From contig NZ_AP019797.1 in the NCBI RefSeq assembly GCF_009936275.1, positions 1,811,890 to 1,843,889 of the forward strand: DNA of 32,000 bases, read 5' to 3'. A program made the position numbers and the translations under genes. Of this stretch, positions 1 through 9,876 are shown piece by piece; within the stretch, counting starts at the first letter, position 1, and every line of letters begins with the position of its first letter. A model generated the notes under the pieces. It was not told the DNA's origin and made no database searches. It was given only the letters and a program-made list of their open reading frames with translations. The stretch is from Rhodothermus marinus. Lineage in GTDB: Bacteria > Bacteroidota > Rhodothermia > Rhodothermales > Rhodothermaceae.

Positions 1-374
1 TCGAGTCGGTGGCCGCCCGCTTTCCGCGCGATTACGAGCGGCTGCTCCGGGAAATCGTACGCCGCGGCATCTCCGGCGTGGTATTCCTGAGCGGCGACCG
101 CCACCACACCGAGCTGCTGCGCTACGAGCCGGAAGGCTTCTATCCGCTCTACGAGATCACCACCTCGCCGCTGACGGCAGGCCCCTCGAACGTGGAAGAA
201 GATAATCCGCTGCGCGTCGAAGGCACCCTGCTACGCGAGCGCAACGTGGTGCTGCTCACCTTCTCCGGGCCACGCACCGACCGCGTGCTGACGATCACCG
301 CCTACGACGCCCAGGGCCAGGAACGCTGGCGCCACACGATCCGGGCCCGGGAGCTGCGACCGCCCCGACCGTGA
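1..374 (+). CDS. PhoD-like metallophosphatase, C-terminal fragment (5' end lies outside the window)
   Basis: The reading frame is open to the window edge. 'VVFLSGDRHHTEL' resembles the GD(x)H metallophosphatase motif of PhoD-family enzymes. Stop TGA at 372-374. Confidence 0.55.
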   Translation, partial: ESVAARFPRDYERLLREIVRRGISGVVFLSGDRHHTELLRYEPEGFYPLYEITTSPLTAGPSNVEEDNPLRVEGTLLRERNVVLLTFSGPRTDRVLTITAYDAQGQERWRHTIRARELRPPRP

Positions 375-459
375 AGCTTCTGCCAAACCGGACGAAAAAG
401 CCTTTTTTGTGTTAATTTAGACCGGTATTCATTCCCCGAAAAACCGAAAAACAGGGATC

Positions 460-1740
<1,281 letters not shown>

Positions 1741-1744
1741 ACCG

Positions 1745-1778
1745 AAGGCGGGGCGGCCAGAACGGGCCGCCCCGCCTT
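1745..1778 (+). terminator. Rho-independent-type hairpin downstream of icd
   Basis: Perfect 14-bp stem, aaggcggggcggcc (1745-1758) with ggccgccccgcctt (1765-1778), and a 6-nt loop. It starts 5 nt after the icd stop and is followed by a short T-containing tail (ttatctt). Confidence 0.7.
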
Positions 1779-1788
1779 ATCTTACAGC

Positions 1789-2238
1789 ATGCCCGATCGC
1801 ATCACCGAACATCTGGACGAAGACGGCCGGCGCTTTGTCATTCGCGCCCCGGCCGAAGCGGACGCCGACGACCTGCTGGAGGCTTCCCACCATCAGTTCA
1901 TTCTGACCCACTGGGAAGAGCTGGCCGCCGCCTCGCTGACCGGCTATCGTCAGGCTGGCCGTGGCGTGCTCGTCGTGGGCGAGGCCACGCCTCCGCGCAG
2001 CCGGGCGCTCCGCCACGGCTTCATGATCCACCGCCTGGCTTACGCCCCGCAGGACGTCCTCACGCCCGCCCAGGAGCTTCCCCCGCTACGGTGGCTGCTG
2101 GACCAGCTCGACCGGTACGATCCCAACCAGACCGTGCTCCTGCTCTTCACCACCGAAGACGACTCGCGCGCCTACGCCGTAGATGGCGAGCCACCCCCAC
2201 CCGACGCCCTTCGCTTCGTCCAGGCTTCCAACAACTGA
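1789..2238 (+). CDS. hypothetical protein (149 aa)
   Basis: ATG-initiated ORF just after the icd terminator. No motif recognised. An 8-bp hairpin (2255-2262 with 2280-2287) follows it. Confidence 0.45.
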   Translation: MPDRITEHLDEDGRRFVIRAPAEADADDLLEASHHQFILTHWEELAAASLTGYRQAGRGVLVVGEATPPRSRALRHGFMIHRLAYAPQDVLTPAQELPPLRWLLDQLDRYDPNQTVLLLFTTEDDSRAYAVDGEPPPPDALRFVQASNN

Positions 2239-2318
2239 AAACATTCCGTCCGGGCGGCACCTGTGATCATCACGGCATGAGGTGCCGTACCTGACCTGCT
2301 CGTAGTGAGACACGCAGC

Positions 2319-2434
2319 GAAGCGAAGTGCCATCGAAGGAAAGCCCCTACGGCCGGCGCCTTCGTGGCGCACTACAAACGCATTTGTGCTTGTGGCCAGG
2401 CCTGAAGCGAAGCATAGTGCCATCAGGGGAAAGC
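2319..2434. repeat. Two copies of an approximately 30-nt intergenic repeat (GAAGCGAAG..TGCCATC(G/A)(A/G)GGAAAGC)
   Basis: Copy 1 is at 2319-2344 and copy 2 at 2404-2434. The first 9 nt are identical. After a 5-nt insertion (catag) in copy 2, 14 of the next 17 nt match. Each copy is followed by a partially complementary segment, so each is hairpin-like. Confidence 0.5.
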
Positions 2435-2487
2435 GCCTTTTCCGGGTGGGTACGGGCCCCATAGTCATTTTACCCCGGCCGCAAATG

Positions 2488-2522
2488 AAAAACGCCCGTA
2501 GCATTGCGCCACGGGCGTTTTT
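2488..2522 (-). terminator. Bidirectional rho-independent terminator downstream of the glycosyltransferase gene
   Basis: Perfect 12-bp stem, aaaaacgcccgt (2488-2499) with acgggcgttttt (2511-2522), and an 11-nt loop. A-run and T-run lie on either side. It sits 18 nt past the stop of the minus-strand gene ending at 2540. Confidence 0.75.
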
Positions 2523-2539
2523 GATGATCATCGGGTAGT

Positions 2540-3721
2540 TCAGGCGGTAGCGGCCATGGCTTCGTCCGGACGCGCAGAAGCCATGCCGGCCACTTCCTCG
2601 AAAAGCCGATCGTAAGCTTCCACGTGTCGTTTCCAGTCGAGGTGCGCGGGGATTTCGCGGAGCCGTTCCGGCGGCAGCGGCCGCTCCTCACCTTTCAGCA
2701 GGGCCGACAGCAGCCGGTAGAGTTCCTCCTCGTCCTCGTACAGCGTGGGCGCGTGCAGCAGCGGCCGATGCAGCGGCTCGGGAATCAGCTCCGGATAGCT
2801 CAGCCGGTTGGGAAGCAGCGGATGGCAGCCACAGTAGATCGCCTCCAGCACCGCCACCCCGAAAAACTCGTGGCGGGCCGTCGAGACGATGATGTCGGCC
2901 CGGTGCAGCAGGCGGCTGTATTCCTCGAAGTCCTCGGCGTAGCCGTAGTGCAGGATGCGGTCGGCGTAGCGCTCGAAGGCCTTGTCCAGTTCGTAGGGCT
3001 GTTCCTCGAAGCGCTCGCCGGCCAGAATCAGCCGGAAGCGGTGGCCGGCGTCGTCCAGCCGGTTCATCACGCGCAGGAAAACTTCGGGCGCCTTGTCGTA
3101 CTCCCAGCGCTGGTTCCAGAGAATGATGGGCGGCGGCATGCCCGGACCCCAGTAGCGCGGCCGCCGATCCCCCGCGTACTGGTCGTGCGCCGACAGATCG
3201 ATGCCCGGATAGAGCACCGAAGCCTTGGCGCGAATCTCCTGCACGGCGTCCAGGTGCGTGTAATCCGGAAAAGCCCGGAGCAACTGCGGCAATGCCTCCA
3301 GAAATTCTTCCATGTGGAAGCGCGTGTTGAACAGCACCCGATCGGCCGCCAGGCACGACAGGTAGTTGATGTACCCGAAGGCCGGATCCCGCTCTTTGCC
3401 CTCGGGCAGCGGATAGGTCAGCGCGTTTTCATGGAAATAGAGGATGACGGGCACGTGCGCCAGTTTGCTGCGCGTCAGCGACAGGAAGGCGGGCAGGTTC
3501 ACCATGTTCGTGGCGAAGATCACATCGGGCCGAAAGCCTTCGTCCCAGGCCTGCAACGCCTTCCGCGCCATGGTGACGGCCCCGCCGTGCATGCGCCAGC
3601 GCCGGTAGCGCGGCGCCATCGTTACCGCATGAAACCGATGCCGGCTGTGGCGCATCAGCCCGTCCAGAAAATTCCTGTGAGACCCTCCGTACCAGGGCTC
3701 CAGTGCCAGAATGTTCAGCAT
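2540..3721 (-). CDS. DUF3524 + group-1 glycosyltransferase (GTDC1 / tRNA-queuosine mannosyltransferase-like)
   Basis: 393-aa ORF. The N-terminus 'ILALEPWYGGSHRNFLDGL' matches my recollection of the GTDC1/DUF3524 N-terminal motif. The C-terminal half has GT-B features ('STARHEFFGVAVLEAIYCG'). Confidence 0.7.
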   Translation of the reverse strand: MLNILALEPWYGGSHRNFLDGLMRHSRHRFHAVTMAPRYRRWRMHGGAVTMARKALQAWDEGFRPDVIFATNMVNLPAFLSLTRSKLAHVPVILYFHENALTYPLPEGKERDPAFGYINYLSCLAADRVLFNTRFHMEEFLEALPQLLRAFPDYTHLDAVQEIRAKASVLYPGIDLSAHDQYAGDRRPRYWGPGMPPPIILWNQRWEYDKAPEVFLRVMNRLDDAGHRFRLILAGERFEEQPYELDKAFERYADRILHYGYAEDFEEYSRLLHRADIIVSTARHEFFGVAVLEAIYCGCHPLLPNRLSYPELIPEPLHRPLLHAPTLYEDEEELYRLLSALLKGEERPLPPERLREIPAHLDWKRHVEAYDRLFEEVAGMASARPDEAMAATA

Positions 3722-3736
3722 GTGTCCTGACGTTTT

Positions 3737-3982
3737 TTAATGGCTCTGTTGCTGTGCCAGCTGTTGCCGGAGCATTTCTTCCTCCTCCTCGGTCGTCGGC
3801 CGCACGATCGAGACGGCCCGCACCTGAAGTTTTTCACGCAGCACCGGATCGCGCACCTCCTCGGCCGTAACGAACGCCTCTTCGCCGGGCTTGAGCCGAA
3901 TGGTGCGCGTGCTCATGGGAATTTCAACCGGCACGTCGTTCGTGTTCTTGATGATCATGCCGCGACGTTTACGACTGGCCAT
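3737..3982 (-). CDS. small hypothetical protein (81 aa from ATG 3982; a GTG at 4015 is an alternative start)
   Basis: ORF ends 16 nt upstream of the glycosyltransferase start. A GGGGAGGG Shine-Dalgarno-like run precedes ATG 3982. Glu/Gln-rich C-terminus, no motif recognised. Confidence 0.45.
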   Translation of the reverse strand: MASRKRRGMIIKNTNDVPVEIPMSTRTIRLKPGEEAFVTAEEVRDPVLREKLQVRAVSIVRPTTEEEEEMLRQQLAQQQSH

Positions 3983-4083
3983 GCTGCCCTCCCCGGATGG
4001 TTTGTTTGCGGGCACATGCGTGGGGTATGTTCTTTAAAGTATACAATATTTCCGACGCCGATGCGAACCGTTCCGACCGCCCC

Positions 4084-4797
4084 ATGACTGTTTTACCGGA
4101 TTCTTACAGGCAGACGCTTCGCCGTCTGGGAAGGGCCCTGCGGGCGCTGGTCTATCCATGGCACTGTCTGCACTGCGGCGCACGGGCCACGCACCCGACG
4201 CTTCCGCTCTGCACAGACTGTCTGGCCACGCTTCGTCGCGTGCCGCCCGGCGAGCCGCTTCGTCGCCTGCACCGGTTGCCGGAGGCCATCGGCTGCTTCC
4301 GCGCCGCCTACAGCCTGTGGTACGAAACCTCGGAGGGGCCCTTTCGCCCGCTGCACCATGCTCTGAAGTACGGCAACCGGCCGGTCTATGCGCAGCGGCT
4401 GGGACGGCTGCTGGGAGAGACATTCCGAGATGAGCTGCAGGAGATTGATGTAATCGTGCCCGTCCCGCTGCACCGCCGCCGTTTCCTGGAACGCGGCTAC
4501 AACCAGAGCGCCTGGCTGGCCCGAGGCGTCGGCGAAGTGCTGGGACGCTCGGTCGCCCCCGAACTGCTGGTGCGCGTGCGCGCCACGCGGAGCCAGACCC
4601 ACCTGGGTCGGGAAGCACGTCGCGCCAACGTGGCCCGCGCCTTTGCGGCGCCTTACCCGGAGCGTGTGGCCGGACGCCACGTGCTGCTGGTGGACGATCT
4701 GCTCACCACCGGCGCCACGGCCGCCTGGGCCGCCCAGGCCCTGCACGAAGCCCACGCTTCTGGCGTCACGCTGATCACGCTGGGCCTGGCGGTATGA
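4084..4797 (+). CDS. comF: ComF-family protein (phosphoribosyltransferase-like, ComFC type)
   Basis: N-terminal Cys pairs 'CLHC...CTDC' and a C-terminal PRTase motif 'VLLVDDLLTTGATA'. The start is uncertain: ATG 4084 was chosen because ATG 3997 would overlap the divergent gene. Confidence 0.8.
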   Translation: MTVLPDSYRQTLRRLGRALRALVYPWHCLHCGARATHPTLPLCTDCLATLRRVPPGEPLRRLHRLPEAIGCFRAAYSLWYETSEGPFRPLHHALKYGNRPVYAQRLGRLLGETFRDELQEIDVIVPVPLHRRRFLERGYNQSAWLARGVGEVLGRSVAPELLVRVRATRSQTHLGREARRANVARAFAAPYPERVAGRHVLLVDDLLTTGATAAWAAQALHEAHASGVTLITLGLAV

Positions 4798-4884
4798 AGC
4801 AATTGCAAATTGCCGGAATGTGTGATTGCAGATTCACCGACGAATGACGGCACACCCCATGTACTGGACATGGCTCGCGGGCAC

Positions 4885-4917
4885 AAAAAGCGGACACAGT
4901 GGCCGTCTCTGTGTGCT
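4885..4917 (-). terminator. Weak candidate terminator about 115 nt downstream of hsdR
   Basis: On the minus strand: GCACACAG-AGACGGCCA-CTGTGTCCGC followed by TTTTT. The stem is only 6 bp plus 2 bp across a bulge. Confidence 0.3.
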
Positions 4918-5031
4918 GGAAATGCCGTCAGCTGTCCGATAGGGGTGCCCCAAGGTGTGCGCTCGTGCTTTCAGCCCGGGGTATAAAGCGTGGTCATGGG
5001 ATACCACGCACATGCACCATGATGCCCGTGA

Positions 5032-8000
5032 TCAAGCAACCCACTCGCCACACAACACCTCCGTTTGACTCAAAACCAGCTCCACAGCCTGTTCCTGTTT
5101 GTCGGGCGGATAGCCATATTTGCGCAGGATACGCTTGACGAGTACGCGCAACTGGGCGCGGGCGCTCTCACGTCTATTCCAATCTACCGTTACACTTTTG
5201 CGTACGCTTTCGACCAGTACCCGGGCGATCTCCTTCAAGGTTTCGTCTCCGAGCACTTCTACAGCGCTTTCATTTACCGCCAGCGCATCATAAAACGCCA
5301 CTTCATCTTCGGACAGGCCGAGCTCTTCACCACGGCGCGTGGCTTCTCGTACCTGCCTGGCAATGGCGATCAGTTCTTCAATCACCTGCGCGGCTTCGAT
5401 GGCGCGATTGTGATACTTGTTCAGGGCCCGCTGGAGCAATTCCGAGAACGCCCGCGACTGCACCACGTTTTTGCGCAGGCGAACCTGGATCTCATCCTGA
5501 AGGAGTTTTTTCAGCGTCTCTACGGCCAGATTTTTCTGCGGCAAGCTGCGCACTTCTTCAAGAAACTCATCGGAAAGAATGGAAATGTCGGGCTTTTCCA
5601 ATCCCGCCGCCGCGAAGATATCCACTACCTCGCAGCCCGAGATCGCCCGGGAAACGAGCTGCCGAACCGCCGCTTCAACCTCCTCCGGGGCGCGCTCCGC
5701 CGAACTCACCGTAGCCTTGATCAGAGCCGCCCGAATCTCCTGAAATAGACCCACCTCGTCGCGAATAGCGAGGGCCTCCTCGTGCGGCACCGCCAAAGCA
5801 AACGCCTTGGACAGCGCCGCCACGGCCTGCAGATAGCGCTTCTTACCGTCCTCCCGCCCCAGAATGAAGTCCATGGCCTCGGCAATGCCCTGCAGGCGCT
5901 CATCGGGAGCAGCAGCCAGCAGGCGCCAATAGTCGAATCCGTGCAGGATGCCGCAGACGACCTCGTACTTCTCCTTCATCACTGCCACGGCTTCGGCCTG
6001 ATCGATGGCCGCCTTGCCCCGACCGCCGCTTTCAGCGTACACGGCAAGCGCCTTCTTGAGGGAATCGGCAATGCCCAGGTAGTCCACCACCAGCCCGCCG
6101 GGCTTGTCGCGAAAGACGCGGTTCACGCGGGCGATGGCCTGCATCAGATTGTGGCCGCTCATCGGCTTGTCGATGTACATCGTGTGCAGGGGCGGCGCAT
6201 CGAAGCCGGTGAGCCACATATCGCGCACAATGACCAGTTCCAGTTCATCGTTTGGGTCTTTGAAACGTCGGGCGAGAAAGTCCCGGCGTTCTTTGTTGCG
6301 GATGTGCGGCTGCCAATCGAGCGGATCCGAGGCAGAGCCGGTCATCACCACCTTGATCTTCCCCCTGGCGTCGTCGTCACTGTGCCACTCAGGACGCAGG
6401 GCCGTAATGGCCTTGTACATCTCCACGCAGATCCGACGGCTCATGCAGACGATCATGCCCTTGCCCAGCAGGGCTTCCCGCCGCCGTTCCCAATGCTGCA
6501 CGAGGTCCTCGGCCACAAGCCGGATGCGCTTCTCCGCTCCCACCAGAGCTTCCAGCGATGCCCATTTCGACTTCAAGCGTTCCCGGCGGACGACATCCTC
6601 TTCGGCTTCGGTAATCTCCTCGATTTCCTCATCGAGCCGCGGTTTCTCCGCCTCATCCAGTTCGATCTTCGCCAACCGGCTTTCGTAGTAGATCGGCACT
6701 GTAGCGCCGTCTTCCACTGCGCGTTGGATATCGTAGATGGAAATGTAATCGCCGAAGACTGCACGGGTGTTTTTGTCTTCCTTCTCGATGGGCGTCCCGG
6801 TAAAGCCAATGAACGATGCGTTGGGAAGCGCATCGCGCATGTGGCGGGCGAAACCGTCAATGAAGTCGTATTGACTGCGGTGGGCTTCGTCGGCGATGAC
6901 AACGATGTTGCTCCGCTCCGACAACGTCGGGTAGCGTTCCCCCCTGGTTTCGGGGAAGAATTTCTGGATGGTGGTGAAAATCACGCCGCCAGAGGCAACT
7001 TGGAGGAGTTCTTTCAGGTGCGCCCGGCTTTCGGCTTGCACGGGGGTTTGGCGCAAGATCTGACGGTTGGCGCTGAAGGTGGCAAAAAGCTGATTGTCCA
7101 AATCGTTGCGGTCGGTTAGCACCACGATGGTGGGGTTTTGCATGGCGGGGTGCCGGATGATTTTGCTGGCGTAGAAGACCATGGAAAGGCTTTTGCCCGA
7201 GCCCTGGGTATGCCAGATGACCCCGACGCGCCGGTCGCCGAACTTCGGGCGATATTCGGCTTTTGGTTCCCGGACCGCAAACGGATCAGCGGCCGCTGCT
7301 TCTTGAAAGCGAGCGTATAGCGTGCTGGCATCCGCTTCAATGCCACAGGCGACGAGTGTGGAAGCGAGCGCCTGATTGACGGCATGGTACTGGTGATAGC
7401 CGGCGGCCTTCTTGGCGATGCCTGCTGTGCCCTTGTCCACCTGTTCGAAGGTGATGAAGTTGAGCACGTAGTCGAGAAAGCGCCGACGCTCGAACATACC
7501 ACGGATCAGGGTCTTCATCCCCGGCTGCACCATACCTTCGCTTTGCTTGTCGTTTCCCGGCTCGCGGTAGAGGTCGGTCCCGTCGATGGTGCGCCAGGGC
7601 ATGAATCGGTCCCAACCGGACGTCAGCGTCCCGAAGCGGGCCTGCATGCCGTCGGAAATGACGAGGATCTCGTTGTAGGTAAAGAGCGAAGGAATCTCCT
7701 GCTTGTAGGTCTGCAACTGATTGAAGGCCGCCCGTAGCGTGGCCTGCACCGTGCCCGGGTCTTTCAACTCGATCACGACCAGCGGCAGACCGTTGACGAA
7801 GAGCACAATATCCGGCCGCCGCTCGTGCTTGTTCTCGATGACCGTGAACTGGTTGACTGCCAGCCAGTCGTTGTTGTCCAGGTTTTCGAGGTCGAGCAGC
7901 CACACCTTGCCGTGCTTCTCCCCTTCCGGTCCCATCCAGGAAACATCCACGCCGTCGGTGAGCATCTGATGGAAGCGGCGGTTGTTCTCGATGAGCGCCG

Positions 8001-8244
8001 GACTCTCGGGCGTGAGCACCTGGCGCAGGGCCTCTTCGATGGCCACGGCGGGCCTGTCCGGATTGATGCGCTCCAGCGCCTCCCGCAACCGCCCCTTGAG
8101 CACCACATCGCCGTAGGTTTCACGTTCCGGCCGTAAGCTCTCCGGGGCGAGGTCGGGGCCGTATGCGGTCTGCCAGCCCAGCGCCTGGAGCTCGTCCAGG
8201 GCCATTTGTTCAACGTCCTCTTCCACAAGATTACCCATGGCCAT
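5032..8244 (-). CDS. hsdR: Type I restriction enzyme R subunit
   Basis: N-terminal PD-(D/E)xK module '[19 protein letters not shown]'. SF2 motif I 'TQGSGKS' (GSGKS at 7189-7203), motif II 'DEAH' (6880-6891), and 'FTGTP'. C-terminal '[30 protein letters not shown]' (DUF3387-type tail). The start is set at ATG 8244 ([24 protein letters not shown], a typical HsdR N-terminus); the ORF-track start at 8322 is an upstream extension. Confidence 0.95.
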   Translation of the reverse strand: MAMGNLVEEDVEQMALDELQALGWQTAYGPDLAPESLRPERETYGDVVLKGRLREALERINPDRPAVAIEEALRQVLTPESPALIENNRRFHQMLTDGVDVSWMGPEGEKHGKVWLLDLENLDNNDWLAVNQFTVIENKHERRPDIVLFVNGLPLVVIELKDPGTVQATLRAAFNQLQTYKQEIPSLFTYNEILVISDGMQARFGTLTSGWDRFMPWRTIDGTDLYREPGNDKQSEGMVQPGMKTLIRGMFERRRFLDYVLNFITFEQVDKGTAGIAKKAAGYHQYHAVNQALASTLVACGIEADASTLYARFQEAAAADPFAVREPKAEYRPKFGDRRVGVIWHTQGSGKSLSMVFYASKIIRHPAMQNPTIVVLTDRNDLDNQLFATFSANRQILRQTPVQAESRAHLKELLQVASGGVIFTTIQKFFPETRGERYPTLSERSNIVVIADEAHRSQYDFIDGFARHMRDALPNASFIGFTGTPIEKEDKNTRAVFGDYISIYDIQRAVEDGATVPIYYESRLAKIELDEAEKPRLDEEIEEITEAEEDVVRRERLKSKWASLEALVGAEKRIRLVAEDLVQHWERRREALLGKGMIVCMSRRICVEMYKAITALRPEWHSDDDARGKIKVVMTGSASDPLDWQPHIRNKERRDFLARRFKDPNDELELVIVRDMWLTGFDAPPLHTMYIDKPMSGHNLMQAIARVNRVFRDKPGGLVVDYLGIADSLKKALAVYAESGGRGKAAIDQAEAVAVMKEKYEVVCGILHGFDYWRLLAAAPDERLQGIAEAMDFILGREDGKKRYLQAVAALSKAFALAVPHEEALAIRDEVGLFQEIRAALIKATVSSAERAPEEVEAAVRQLVSRAISGCEVVDIFAAAGLEKPDISILSDEFLEEVRSLPQKNLAVETLKKLLQDEIQVRLRKNVVQSRAFSELLQRALNKYHNRAIEAAQVIEELIAIARQVREATRRGEELGLSEDEVAFYDALAVNESAVEVLGDETLKEIARVLVESVRKSVTVDWNRRESARAQLRVLVKRILRKYGYPPDKQEQAVELVLSQTEVLCGEWVA

Positions 8245-9385
8245 TCCCGTTTTCGATTTCACGGCGCAACCAATCCAGCAGCGGCTCAATCGCCTCCTCG
8301 TCCAGGCCATCGATAGCGGCAATCTGGATCAGGCGTTTCAACGTCACACGCACCGCCGCCCGTTTTGACTCGCGCCTGCTCCAATCCACGACTGCGAGGT
8401 CTTCCATTTCGTCAAGCAGCGTGTTGGCGAAACGGTGCACCTGCTCTTTCTGGTCGCCCCTGCCACCCAGCAGCCGATGGACGACGAACTCGTAAAGCAG
8501 ATGTACCTTCTCCCGAAACCGCCCCTGATAATCGTCAAGGAGCTGTTGTCTTACTGGCTCGGCGACGGGTTCCGACGGTACCGCTGGCTCTTCTTCTGAA
8601 ACAAATTCGCCCGATTCCCCTGCTTCCTCCTCGACCAATTCCGTTCTTTCCTCCTCCTCGGCTGGCATTGCCCCTTGTAACACATCAAGCACGCTTATGT
8701 AGGCCTGCCGGTCCAGGTGATACAGCAATTCGCTGGGCGGCACGCGCAGTTCGATGGCTTCCTCAGGCGTCTGCGTGCCTGCCTGAACCCGCACCACCAG
8801 CACGCCAGCCTCCTCATCTACCTCAGCCTCCAACGCACAGCCTGCATCGATGCGCTCGTTGAGATGCCGAAACCGCTCTGGCGGCTCTCTGGTGGTCCGA
8901 AGATTGGGCTCCCTGCCGTCGTAGGCGCTCAGAATGAGCGCAATGACCGAGTCGGCCGAGAGCAAATATACCCTCATATGCCGGTTCGCAATCGTGTCGA
9001 GAAACCCATCCCTGCCATGCGCGACGCTGCCGTCCTGATTGCGCAGCTCGTTCAGCCCCTCGACCAGTTTATTGTGCCCCGAGATCACCTTGCCCAGTGG
9101 TCCGACGCCGCGCTGGTTGCGCAATCCCAGGGCGTCCAATACGCAGGAAAGCAACTCCGTTGTCGTCGGCGTGGAGGAAGCCGGTCCCTCTCTCCCCAGC
9201 TCGTTGAGCACCGTCCAGCAGACGCACTCCAGGAAGGACTTGATCAACTCGATGACGCTGCTCCCTTCCCCCTCCCAGGCGCGGACGAGCTCCCGATAGT
9301 GTTGTTGAAGATTGGCGGCATCCGGCCAGCGCTCGACAGCGGCAGGATAGGCCGGGGCGATGTCGTCGAGACGGTTGGCACTCAT
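8231..9385 (-). CDS. 384-aa protein: Abi_C/HEPN-like N-terminal domain + poly-Glu linker + HsdR-C-terminus-like tail
   Basis: '[19 protein letters not shown] ... [17 protein letters not shown] ... [19 protein letters not shown]' follows the Abi_C (abortive infection C-terminus) pattern as I recall it. The C-terminal '[21 protein letters not shown]' matches the HsdR tail. Start ATG 9385 lies 2 nt after the PIN-gene stop (TAG 9388-9390). The 3' end overlaps the hsdR start by 14 nt. Confidence 0.75.
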   Translation of the reverse strand: MSANRLDDIAPAYPAAVERWPDAANLQQHYRELVRAWEGEGSSVIELIKSFLECVCWTVLNELGREGPASSTPTTTELLSCVLDALGLRNQRGVGPLGKVISGHNKLVEGLNELRNQDGSVAHGRDGFLDTIANRHMRVYLLSADSVIALILSAYDGREPNLRTTREPPERFRHLNERIDAGCALEAEVDEEAGVLVVRVQAGTQTPEEAIELRVPPSELLYHLDRQAYISVLDVLQGAMPAEEEERTELVEEEAGESGEFVSEEEPAVPSEPVAEPVRQQLLDDYQGRFREKVHLLYEFVVHRLLGGRGDQKEQVHRFANTLLDEMEDLAVVDWSRRESKRAAVRVTLKRLIQIAAIDGLDEEAIEPLLDWLRREIENGNGHG

Positions 9386-9387
9386 GT

Positions 9388-9876
9388 CTATCTCTCCAGA
9401 ACGAATCGAGCTCGCTCGTGCCGCAACATTTCGAAGGGTGTCATCACCTTGATGCCCAGTCCCACACACACGTTCGGAATCTTGACCTTATTCCGCGTGT
9501 CGGCAGGCTTCTCATGCGTTACAACGACAAACCCACCGGCCAGCGCATGGGCGATAAGCCAGTAGTCCGCCACCTGGAAAAAAGCGTTCTTGGCAGCCGG
9601 GGTGTATCCGTTGCTGTTCACCCATTCGCTCACCGCACCCATCGCTTCGAGAACAGTCGGATCTGGTTTCAAGAAGAAGCCATCCCGCTGAGACGACACC
9701 CAAACCGCCAGTTCATCGTCGCCCGCCTCGAGTTCGTCCTTGACCTTCTCAATGCTGAACACCTTGCCGGCCTGGTTGCTTTCGACCAGCCAGTCCCAGA
9801 AGGCTGGGCAGAAGTCCATGCCGTAATGCAGGTTCTTGGCCGCTATGAAGACGTTGGCATCCAGCAGGTATCTCAT
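9388..9876 (-). CDS. DUF4411-type PIN-like nuclease (putative toxin)
   Basis: 162 aa. 'MRYLLDANVFIAAKNLHYGMDFCPAFWDWL' and 'KIPNVCVGLGIKVMTPFEML' match the DUF4411 pattern I recall. The start overlaps the ImmA stop (ATGA at 9873-9876). Confidence 0.75.
   Translation of the reverse strand: MRYLLDANVFIAAKNLHYGMDFCPAFWDWLVESNQAGKVFSIEKVKDELEAGDDELAVWVSSQRDGFFLKPDPTVLEAMGAVSEWVNSNGYTPAAKNAFFQVADYWLIAHALAGGFVVVTHEKPADTRNKVKIPNVCVGLGIKVMTPFEMLRHERARFVLER

Noticed and set aside
2172-2538. ORFs of 119 aa (-) and 77 aa (+) in the 2240-2540 spacer.
   Set aside because: They overlap each other and run through the repeat/hairpin elements and the terminator. The repeated peptide segments merely reflect the DNA repeat. 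No coding signal was seen.
4801-4809. AATTGCAAA is present just inside both island edges (4801-4809 and 17719-17727), a possible att-like direct repeat.
   Set aside because: Only 9 nt long and AT-rich. A chance match between two approximately 235-nt AT-rich spacers is plausible, and no recombinase is present. It is worth a look only if an empty site is found in a relative.
8245-8322. N-terminal extensions in the ORF track. Affected starts: hsdR at 8322, the 384-aa gene at 9469, M28 peptidase at 25011, ABC ATPase at 18455, amidohydrolase at 31062, comF at 3997.
   Set aside because: Each extension overlaps the upstream gene or a divergent gene and encodes non-conserved Arg/Gly-rich sequence. 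Internal ATGs give canonical N-termini (the HsdR '[13 protein letters not shown]' start, or signal peptides) and tight gene junctions.
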